A stretch of 64,000 bases of DNA. It comes from Mobula hypostoma (lineage: Eukaryota). The notes beneath the pieces are model-generated. The model ran no database searches, had not been told where the DNA came from, and was given only the letters and a program-made list of their open reading frames with translations. The DNA is taken from assembly GCF_963921235.1 (NCBI RefSeq), contig NC_086097.1:177756001-177820000 (forward strand), written 5' to 3'. Numbering within the stretch: position 1 is the first letter of the stretch; each line of letters starts with the position of its first letter. The position numbers and the translations under genes are program-made. Positions 54,345-64,000 of the stretch are shown one piece after another.

Positions 54345-54728
54345 TTCTAGGGAAATGGGACTCGTCAAATGTGGTTGGCAGCTGATCTAGCAGAAAGAAA
54401 GCTGTGATCAAAAACCTCTGTTAACTTGCGGCTATACCCACTCATGGGGAAGGCTTCGGGAATAAACCCCAATGTAAAATCTGGAGCTAGAGTCCCTAAG
54501 GCAGCCCGACGTTGAGTTCAGTGCTAACTGGCAACTCCTGCAATGCCGCTGGTGCCAAACTGTATCGGTCCCTGCTGTTTTTTTGTGTGGAGAGGGAGAG
54601 CTTACTGCGTGGGCAACAGATTGCTCTGCATATCGTACTGCCCTGGCTTGCATATTGACTTATGTATATATTACGTAGACAACCAGGTCGCAACGTCCAT
54701 GGTCAACCCCGACCAACGAAGGGCCTCT
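54345..54728. mobile_element. Unclassified non-coding insertion (possibly RTE-related) 40 nt inside the aqp4 intron
   Basis: Interrupts a Rex1-like 3' UTR (tcacatgtaccaag|atactgtaaaaacc); internal gggactc/gagtccc complementarity. Confidence 0.4.
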
Positions 54729-54904
54729 AAGATACTGTAAAAACCTTGTCTCGAAGACTGTTCATACAGATAATTCATTACACAGTGCATTAAGGTAGAA
54801 CAAGATAAAACAGTAACAGAATGCAGAATAAAGTGAAACAGCTACCGAGAAAGTGCAGTGCAGGCAGACAATCAAGTTCAGTATGTAAGTGTGCGGTATA
54901 TCTA

Positions 54905-55459
54905 GGGAATTGTATGGTTATGCACTTTGAAAGAAGGAATAAAGGCATGTACTATTTTCTAAACAGGGAGTAAATTTGCAAATCAGAATTGCAAAGGGAC
55001 TTGAGAATCCTAATGCAGGCTTCCCTAAAAGTTAACTTGCAGCTTGAGTTGGTAATAAGAAAGGCAACTGCGATGTTAGCATTCATTTCAGGAGGACTAC
55101 AATATAAAAGCAAGGATATAATGCTGAGATTTTTTAAGGCATTGGTCAGACCACATTTGGAGTATTGTGAGCAGTTTTGGCCCCATATCTAAGAAAAGGC
55201 ATGCAGGTATCAGAGAGGGTGAAGAGAAGGTTTACAGGAATTATCCTGGGAATGAAAGGGTTAATGTATTAGCAGTATCTGATAGCTCTGGGCTCATAAT
55301 TGCTGGAGTTTAGAAAAATGAGCGGTGATTTTATTGAACCCCATCTAATATTGAAAGGCCTAGATAGATTGGAAGTGCAGAGGATGTTTCCAAAAGTGGG
55401 AGAATCTAGGAACAGAGAGCACAGCCTCAGAATAGAAGAACGTCCCTTTATAACAGAGC
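54905..55459 (+). mobile_element. Degenerate CR1 3' fragment
   Basis: QRDLRIL and KALVRPHLEYC; homologous to the reverse complement of 3200-3750. Confidence 0.8.
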
Positions 55460-56345
55460 TATGTGAAGTGATGAATTGTTCTGAGAGGCTGGTATTGAAG
55501 CATATCAACTCTTGTCTGAATGCTAACTTGGATCTGCTCCAATTTGCCTACGAAACCAACAGGTCTATAGCAAATGCTATCTCGTTCGCTCTTCACATGA
55601 CCCTGGAACATCTGGATAGCATAGATGCATACATCAGGATGCTCTTTATCGATTACAGCTTGGCGTTTAATACCATCATCCCCTCAAAACTAATCAGTAA
55701 ACTCCAAAACCTGGGCCTCAATAACCCCCTGAGTAATTGGGTCCTTGATTTCCTCACTTGTAGACCCCAGTCAGTTCAGATTGGCAACATCTTCTCCACA
55801 ATCTCCATCAGCACAGGAACACTGCTGGGATGTGTACTTAGCCCCCTGCTCTACTCGCTTTACACCTATGACTATGAGGCTAAGTACAGCTCCAACACCA
55901 GATACAAATTTGCTGACAACACCACTGCTGTGCTCTGTATTAAAGGGGATGATGAATCAGCATACAGGAGGGATATTGAAAACTTGGCTGAGTGGTGTAA
56001 TATCAACAACCCCTCACGCAATGTCAATAAGACCAAGGAGCTGATTGTGGACTTCAGGAGGGGGAATCTAGAGGTCCTTGAGCCAGTAATCATCAGAGGG
56101 TCAGAGGTGGAGAGGGTCAGTAACTTTAAATTCCTGGGTGTCACTATCTCAGAGGCCCTGTCCTGGACCCTTCAGATAAATACTATTGCGAAGAAAGCAC
56201 GACAGCGCCTCTCCCTCCTCAGTAGTCTGCAAAGATTCAGCATGTCATCAAAAACTTTAGCAAACTTCTTGAGATGTGGTAGAAAGTGTGCTGACAGGAT
56301 GCATTGTGGCCCGGTATGGGAACAAAGCCTTTAAGCAGAAAATCC
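55460..56345 (+). mobile_element. Rex1/Babar-like LINE RT fragment
   Basis: [34 protein letters not shown] and [10 protein letters not shown] motifs. Confidence 0.82.
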
Positions 56346-58456
56346 TGCCAAACATGATGCCGAATTAAACTAAATTTCTTCTGCAACCTCACCAACTTCT
56401 TGTGCGACTGCGACATAGCATCCAGAGCGTTATTCTCAGTGCCCTGACTGGTGAAGGCTAGCATGCCAAAGGCTGCCTTCTGCCTGTACATGATCCATAT
56501 CCTTCCATTCCCTTCATCAAACGTCTTCTTAAACATCCTATCTGCTTCCGCGATTGGGCCTGGCAGCTATTCTGTTAAATCTATGTCACTCCTCGCTCCT
56601 AGTAAGATAAATCTGTCACCACCCTCCCTTCATGGCCCTGCAAAGCATTTCCTCAGAAGCAGACAGTGAGCAGAAAGCCCCTGGGGAGTTGTTTGGAACA
56701 GAGGGACCTAGGAGTACAGGTACATTGTTCACTGAAAGTAGTAACACAGGAGACAGTGTCTGCCACTGTGATCTTCATCAGTCTACACTTGGAGCTGAGT
56801 ATAGGAGTTGGGATGTTATGTTTCTCTTGTACTGGATGTAGGTGAGGCTACACCTGAAGTATTAGGTACTGTTTTGTTGACCTTGTTACAGGAATGAAAT
56901 CATTCAACTGGAAAGAGTGCAAAGAAGATATACATAAAAGTTTCCAGGACTTAAGGACCTGAATTATAGGGAGAGGTTGGATGGGCTAGGTGTTTATTCC
57001 TTGGATGGAGGGATAATCTTACAGAGATGTATAAAATCATGAATGGCAGACTGGGGGAATTCACTCCGTCTTTTATTCAGTGAAAGGGAATAAAAAACTA
57101 GAGGGCATTGGTTTAAGGTGAACCAGCAGCCTGCGATCATTGTCTTTGGTAAACTAGTTCAGTGCTCGGTATTCATTTTGTATATTTTTTTACACATGAA
57201 TACAAAAACAGTCCATTTTTATTCCGTACCTCACAATTTTTGGAAGTGTTTTGAGAATTCCATAAGGCCATATTTCCATAACTTGAACTGCAGTGACATT
57301 GAGAGTACTCAGTGCGTTGTTTCTTTGGTAAAGAGACCAAACTTGTCCATAATGTTGCAGGTCTGGTCTCCCAAGGCCCTACATAATTACAGTACCAGAG
57401 GACTGACCCACTCCTGCATTTAATAAAGGAGAACACACTGTAATCTCTCTTGCCTCTTCACATTGTCTGTCAATGACCTGTGTACAAGGTCCCTTTGAAT
57501 ATCAATGCTATCCACAGCCTTTAACCACAAATACTCAGCCTTTCTATTTTGTATACCAATGTGGATGGCAAAATACAAACGTTTGTATTTGGACCATAAG
57601 ATAAAGGAGTAGAATTCAGCACAAAAAGTCTTCTCTGCTGTTCAATTTTAGCTGATAATTTATGCACATTAAACTTCATCAGTAGTGCTATCACCCACTC
57701 ACATAGTTGGTTTATATCATGTCAAAATCTCTATACATCCTCAGAATCCCATTTACTTTTGGAATCTTCATGAAATAAGGAAATCTGACCTCTGCCCCAA
57801 CCCCAGACAAATTGTTAGGATAGGTTTCTCCTCCATTCCCAATAGCTCCCCCGAATCTTCCACTTCCAGAATCAGAATCAGGTTTACAATCACAGATATG
57901 TGCCATGAAATTTGTTGTTCTGTGGCAGCAGTACAGTGAAATACAGAAAAATATTACTATAAGCTACAATAAAAAGTAAAATACACAAATAGTGTAAAAC
58001 GGGAATAGTGAGGTAGTTCTCATGAGCTCATGGTCCGTTCAGAAATCTGATGACAGAGGGAAAGAAGCTCTTTGTATAATGTTGGGTGTACGTCTTCGGG
58101 CTCCTGTACTACCTCCTCAGTGGTAGTAATGAAGTGGCCGGTTGACCTACCAGCCCGCACGTCATTGGGATATGGGAGGAGACTGGAGCCAGGGGGTCGG
58201 AGCTCCCACGGTCACAGTGGGAGCATGTAAGCTGCCCACACACACAGTGCCAGACATTGTAGTTGAACCTGGGTCTCTGGAGCTGTGAGGCAGCAGTTCT
58301 GTGAGGCCCAGTAAGTCAGACGGTTCATGCCAGGGCTGTCAATAAGTATTCCAGTGATCTCTCATTCTGTGAATACTAGAGTCAGAGAATCAGGCTATTC
58401 AGCCCTTGGATCCTGCTGACCCATTCAACCGATGCTACCAACTGATCTTTGTTGTA

Positions 58457-60656
58457 TTAGTAGTTGAAGTGTTTTTTGACATTGAAAAAGCCTATGATAC
58501 GATGTGGAAGGAAGGATTATTAATTAAACTGCACAAGATGGGGGTTGGTGGGAGAGTTTTTAATTGGATTAAAGATTTTTTGTTTGGTGGAAAAATTCAA
58601 GTTCAGATTGGATCAGAATTATCAAAACAGTACATAGTGGGAAATGGTACACCTCAAGGTAGTGTGATTAGCCTGTTACTTCTCATCATTATGATCAATG
58701 ATGTCTTCACAAAGGTACGAGTGGATATATGTAGGTCACTGTTTGCGGATGATGGGGCCTTGTGGAAAAGAGGCAGGAACATGGAGCATATAATCAGGAA
58801 ACTACGAGGAGAAATTGATGAAGTGGTGGAGTGGGGTGATGATTGGGGATGTAGATTTTCAGTAGAAAAAACTCAAACTGTATTTTTCACCACGAAAAGA
58901 ATTGGAGTAGGGAAGAAGTTAAGGATGTATGGGATTGAATTAGAAAGGGTTGGATCATTTAAATTTCTGGGAATTATATTTGATTCACAATTAACATGGG
59001 CTGACCATATCAGGAAAGTTGAGGAGAAATGTTAAGTGTAATGAGATGTTTGACTGGTAGGGAATGGGGAGCAAGTTGTTCAGCGTTGAAGAGAATGTAT
59101 GTGGCTTTAGTGAGGTCTGTGTTGGACTATGGAAATATAGCATATGGATCAGCGGCTAGGACTCTTATAAGGAAACTGGATGTGATTCAGGCTCAGGCTT
59201 TGAGAGTGTGCAGTGGGGCTTTTAAAACATCACCAGTGTCAGCCCTACAGGTAGAAATGGGAGTAATGCCTTTGGAACTAAGAAGGATGCAATTGATGGT
59301 AAACTACTGGGCTAATTTGCAGGGGCACAATGATTCTCACCCTGCTAAAGGAGTGTTGCAGGAGTGCTGGGAAAATGGGAGGTTTCAGAGGGATAACCTT
59401 AGTCGGGTAAGGATTGATATTGCTAAAGAATGTGGAGTGTTTGATCTAAGGATAAGTCCTTCAGTAGTTTATCCGGTTGTAGCTCCATGGAAGCTTGTAT
59501 GGCCTGACATAGACAGGCATTTGTTAGAGGTAAAAAGGAAATAAAAATATAAAACTGATTTGGTAAGTGCATTTAACTGTCATGTGATGGGAAAGTATAG
59601 TGATTATACTCAGATTTATATGGATGCTGCTAAGGAACCTGAAACAGGAGTGACAGGGTTTGGGGTAGCTATACCAGCAAAAGAAATTGGAATCAGCAGA
59701 AGAACATCTAATAAGTTAGGGGGTGTATACAGTGGAGATGCTGGCAGTGTTGGTTGCATTGCAATGGGTGGAGAAAGCTAGACAAGTCAAAGCATTGATG
59801 TGCTCAGATTCACCCTCAGTTCTAGCAAGTTTAAGGTCTTTTCACTCAAACAGTCGGCAAGATGTTCTTTATGAAGTCCTTCAGTTAGTCGTAAGAATTG
59901 CATATCAGGGAGGTCAGGTAAAATTTCTGTGGGTTCCAGCACATGTAGGGGTGAAGGGGAATGAGAGGGTGGATAAGTTGGCAAAGAGGGCGTTAAAGAA
60001 AGAAAATATAGAAATGCACATTAGTATCAGTAAAGCAGAGGTTAAGTGCATAATCTGGGGAAAAAATCAACCAAATGTGGCAAGAAAGATGGGACAGGGA
60101 GGGGAAAGGGAGGCATTTATATCAAATACAAAAAAGTGTTGCAGGTACTAGGGTAGGCAGTGGATACAGAAGAGAGGAAACTGTGTGGACTAGGTTAAGG
60201 CTGGGGCACTGTACATTAAACAAAACATTGAAAATGATAGGGAAACACCAGACAGGATTGTGTCAGGAATGGCAGGAAGAGGAGTCAGTAGAACATGTGG
60301 TTCTGAGTTGCAGGAAGTATGGGATACGGAGAGAGATGATGAGAATTAATCTAAGGGAATTGGGGGTGCAGGAATTCACATTAAAAGGATTGCTGGGCAT
60401 GGATGAGAGAGCACAGGTTAGGGTATTTTTAGCTTTCTTGAGGGGTACAGGGGTTTTTTATAGGATATGACGGATAAACAGGAATAGGATGGCCAAAGAT
60501 GGCAGGATAAAGTGTAGGTTAGGGTATGTGTGGGTGTGTGATTGGGTGAAGGGATTTAGAATGTACGTCTATCGCACACTCCGGAGCAGAAGGTGGTGGT
60601 AATGCACCATTAAGCTGGGTGCCAACCGCCGTAAAACAAGACAGAGAGAGAGAGAA
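58457..60656 (+). mobile_element. 5'-truncated I/Nimb-like LINE with RT, RNase H and CCHC, in an aqp4 intron
   Basis: FFDIEKAYD, GTPQGSVIS, LFADDGALW; RNase H motifs (CSDS, WVPAHVGVKGNERVDKLAK); RLRLGH and C..W....ESVEHVVLSC. 3' motif ggtggtggtaatgcacc and a (GA)n tail. A few frameshifts. Confidence 0.85.
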
Positions 60657-61400
60657 TTGTTCCTTGTTGTTTAACTTTTCTATGCTTGCTTATAATCTTT
60701 ATATAATCAATCATATACATGTAATTGTTCAGTAACTTTTCCAGTAATTGTTGTATAGCTGATTCTATATTTTCTAGAAGTTTCTTAGGGTTTTTTTTGC
60801 AGCAGATGTAATGTCATTTGAATCTGCCTATTTCATGACATCTTTTCAATGGAATGTGCTTTTATCTCTAGACTGAGTATGAACCAACAATGACTTTTTT
60901 AAAATATCATCTTTGTTTGTTCTTTGTTCTTGTAGCTCTTAGTAAAGCAGCTGTAACCACCAAGCTTTTTGCCCCATTCTTAACTTATGAAGAACTTCCA
61001 GACCCATATCCAATATCATGTCTCTCAATGCAGGCCAGCCTTAGGTTATGAAAACCCAACATAAATTGATTAATTGGTTTAATAATGTTACATGTACTGA
61101 GATGACAGTGAAAATATTGTTTGCATGCCATCCACACAGATCAATTCATTACAACAGTACATTGAGATAATTCAAGGGAGAAGCAACAACAGAATGCAGA
61201 ATTAAGTGTTACAGTTACAGAGAAGGTGCAGCGCAGCCAGACAATAAAGTGCAAGGCTGTGATGAGGTAGATTGCAAGGGCATGAGTCTTATCTTATTGC
61301 ACTAGGGGATCGTTCGGGTTATGAGCTCTCAGGAATGAAACTCCCAGTTAACCAGTGACTGTTTGTAATGCATTACAGACTATAACCCTTAATATTGCAG

Positions 61401-61565
61401 ATTAATGAGAATCTCTCGGCCGGCAATGGTCTGTTGGTTGAACTGCTTATCACATTCCAGCTACTGTTTACCATCTTTGCCACATGTGACTCTAAACGTG
61501 ATGATCTGAAGGGCTCATCGGCACTGGCAATTGGTCTCTCTGTCACCATTGGACACATGTTTGCT
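61401..61565 (+). CDS. aqp4: Aquaporin-4 coding exon (loop C, TM4-TM5)
   Basis: Acceptor ttgcag and donor gtaagt; 165 nt encoding INENLSAGNGLLVELLITFQLLFTIFATCDSKRDDLKGSSALAIGLSVTIGHMFA, including the ar/R His and the CDSKR motif. Confidence 0.97.
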
Positions 61566-61658
61566 GTAAGTCTCTTGAACCGTGCTGGCTGTCGCTCATA
61601 ACAGACTTAAAGCTTTCATTGATTCCCAGCTCATTCTAACCCTGTTCTTCTTCTGCAG

Positions 61659-61739
61659 ATTAACTACACTGGTGCCAGTATGAATCCTGCGCGATCATTT
61701 GGACCCGCAGTTATTACTGGGAAATGGGAAAACCACTGG
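61659..61739 (+). CDS. aqp4: Aquaporin-4 coding exon (loop E, second NPA)
   Basis: Preceded by a 93-nt intron with a ctaac branch site (61636-61640) and ctgcag acceptor. 81 nt encoding [27 protein letters not shown]; donor gtaatt. Not in the ORF track. Confidence 0.97.
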
Positions 61740-62620
61740 GTAATTATTAAGTACCGAATATGGAATCAAGATATTGGTGCTAACTGATGATAAATTAGCA
61801 CATTGCCCAGCTAACTGATTTGGAAGAAGGCCATTTGGTCCATTATATCTGTGCCACCACTTTGATGGACACTGCCCATTCAAAGTCACTCAACTGCTCC
61901 TTCTCCTTCGGTTTGTCAAATTTCAGTAGGCATTCCATTCCCTACTGATTCACACATTTCATTTGCTTCCACTGTCCATTCAAGCTGTGTGTCCAAGATC
62001 ACACAAGTTATACACAATTTGCACAAGAAAACAAATTAGAACAAAAAAAGTTCATTTTATTGCAAAGTGGTCAAAGTGTAGCTAAGCTGCAGTGATTAGG
62101 ATTTTCCAGTTCAAGAACCAAATGGTAACTGTTCCTGAACTCCTGCTGCAGATCTCAGGCTTCTGTACTTCCTGCCTGATGGTAGTTGCAAGTAGATGGC
62201 CCAGATGGTGGGTATTCTGATGACTACTCAAAATGTCCTTCAATAGGATTGCATCTTTTTATTCAACTGCTTGTCTAAATGTCTCTTAAAATAGTGATTT
62301 TATCATATTCTACCACCTGTTCTGGCAGCAAATTCCAGATATCCACCAGTTTTTGTGTAAAAATGATTGGCCCCTTCAAGTTTGTTTTAAAACTCCTCAC
62401 ATATTAAACCTTGGCCTCCAGTTTTTGACACTCCACCGTTGGAACTAGCCATAAAATTGAAGGCAAAATAAACACAGAGCCAAATGGCTTCCTCTTGTTC
62501 CTTGTTTATTTGGTTTACAGAATAATAAAGATTTTTGACTCTCCAAAGCCAATAGAAAATAGTCAAGTTTTAATTCAACATCATTCCTTTTTGAGTGGTT
62601 CTTGCTTGTCCCTGTTTCAG

Positions 62621-62893
62621 GTTTACTGGGTTGGTCCAACAATAGGTGGAATCAGCGCTGCTGCCCTCTATGAGTATCTATTCTGTCCAGACGAGGAACT
62701 GAAGAGACGTTTTAAAGATATCTTCAAATCTACACCGGCTCCTGGGGCTAAGTATTTGGATGTGGTGGAAAGCAGGAGCCAAGCCATTGAATACGAGGAT
62801 CTGGCTGTTAAACCTGGAGGCTCTCAGTTTGAGGGTGAAGGTAAAAGCAAAGAGAAGGAAGATAAGGGTGAAGAACGTCTGACACCCGTATGA
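62621..62893 (+). CDS. aqp4: Aquaporin-4 last coding exon (TM6 and C-terminal tail)
   Basis: Acceptor tttcag; VYWVGPTIGGISAAALYEYLFCPDEELKRRFK...KYLDV...EERLTPV-TGA. The spliced product from ATG 53929 is 297 aa with no frameshift. Confidence 0.97.
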   Translation, partial: VYWVGPTIGGISAAALYEYLFCPDEELKRRFKDIFKSTPAPGAKYLDVVESRSQAIEYEDLAVKPGGSQFEGEGKSKEKEDKGEERLTPV

Positions 62894-62980
62894 CTAGCAG
62901 AGGGCACAAGACAGCAAGAGATGACTTGTGAAAGCTTGGCTGACTGTGTTGTTCCTATAAAAGAAACTGATCTTTTATAA
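62891..62980 (+). CDS. aqp4: AQP4ex-type stop-codon readthrough extension (X-LAEGTRQQEMTCESLADCVVPIKETDLL*)
   Basis: TGA-CTAG context, then 28 open codons to TAA at 62978-62980. The length and the IKETDLL ending match the mammalian AQP4ex extension as I recall it. Confidence 0.85.
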
Positions 62981-63177
62981 ACACTCAGCACTCACTGATG
63001 ACTAGAACAAGATTTACTTCACTGTACAGACAATTTTAGTGAAATGCTTAAGGGGTTCAAGTGGCACAAAATGATATGATTTCTTTTCAAACTCATTTCT
63101 AGTGTTGCTGACAGAAGATCAAAGGATTGGGAAAGAATTACATGTTGTCTTGATGAAAGCGACTTTAGTCCACAAAG

Positions 63178-63490
63178 AGTGGCACTGCTGGTAGAACCAT
63201 TGCCTCACAGCTTCCGACCTCCAGTGCTGTCTGTGTGGGGTTTTCACATTCTCCCTGTGATGCGTTTTTCATGGGTGCTCTGATCTCCCTCCAAAAAGGT
63301 GCAGGTTGGTAGGTTAAATGGCCAATGTGATTTGCCCCCAGTGTGTACAGTAGGTGAGGGGTAGAATCTGGGGAGAGTTGATGGGACCGAGGGGAAAATA
63401 AAATGGGACTGATGTTGGTTGAGTGTAAATGGGTAGCTCATGGTCAATATGAACTCAATGGAATGAATGGCCTATTTCTGTACTGTGTCA
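63178..63490 (+). mobile_element. tRNA-derived SINE with CR1-like tail, downstream of the aqp4 stop
   Basis: gtggcactgctggtaga head, cattctccctgtgatgcg central domain, gaatggcctatttctgtactgt tail. Confidence 0.62.
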
Positions 63491-64000
63491 CTAAGAGTTC
63501 ATGAGTCAGTTGACAGTAGTTCCACGAGTAACACAACCCTAACCAAAAGTAGAAGATGCAGGAAATAGTCAACAAGTCTCTGATCTTCTCTCAGAACTGT
63601 GGTTTCCTGCTGCCTGACCTGTAGAATAGTTGGTAACTGGTTCATTATTGTCACATGTATTGAGATACAGTGGAAAAACTTTGTTTATAGCATGCCATCC
63701 AAACAGATGTATTTCAAGACAGTACAGAAAAAAAGCAATAATATAATACAGAATGTCATGTTAGAGTTACAGAGAAAATACAGCGCCGGTGAACAATAAG
63801 GTGCAAGGGATATGATGAGGAAGATTGAGAGATTAAGAGTTTATCTTTATCATACATTCAGGAGTCTTATAATAATGGAATAAGAGCTGTCCTTGAGCCA
63901 AGTGGTACAAATATCTTCTGACTGATGGGAGGGCGGAGAGGGGAGGATGAAGGGGTGGGAGTGGTATTTGATATTGGCTGCTTTCCTGAGGCAGCAGGAA

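Noticed and set aside
54345..54510. Possible HDV-like ribozyme in an RTE-like 5' sequence
   Set aside because: Some complementarity exists (gggactc/gagtccc), but I could not build the nested double pseudoknot by eye. An Infernal or RNArobo search would be needed.
55300..56334. 344-aa ORF as an intact or novel chimeric RT gene
   Set aside because: It is an in-frame accident joining a CR1 3' fragment to a Rex1-like fragment at about 55460. The catalytic motif is decayed (FADN) and PQG is lost.
63397..63402. AATAAA as the aqp4 polyadenylation signal
   Set aside because: It lies within a SINE-derived A-rich patch, and the transcript end cannot be determined from sequence alone.

Overview
Repeat-rich vertebrate genomic DNA, inferred to be from a cartilaginous fish (shark or ray) on the basis of the CR1/Rex1/Penelope/V-SINE repeat mix and the AQP4 divergence. 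The only host gene I can support is aquaporin-4 (aqp4, + strand). It has four clear coding exons (53895-54303, 61401-61565, 61659-61739, 62621-62893) and a phase-compatible candidate first exon at 14141-14229. Main observations: (1) the aqp4 stop is TGA-CTAG, followed by an open 28-codon extension ending PIKETDLL, matching the mammalian AQP4ex readthrough design; (2) the first NPA box reads NPV; (3) an 18-kb satellite of 83-bp units (29703-47733) grew from ORF1 of a CR1 LINE, has higher-order periods that lengthen along the array, and lies in a Rex1>CR1>L1 nest; (4) several Penelope-like termini carry minimal hammerhead ribozyme motifs and fold-back structures. Most other ORFs in the track are decayed retroelement fragments or noise. 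Repeat family names come from motif recognition, not database searches.
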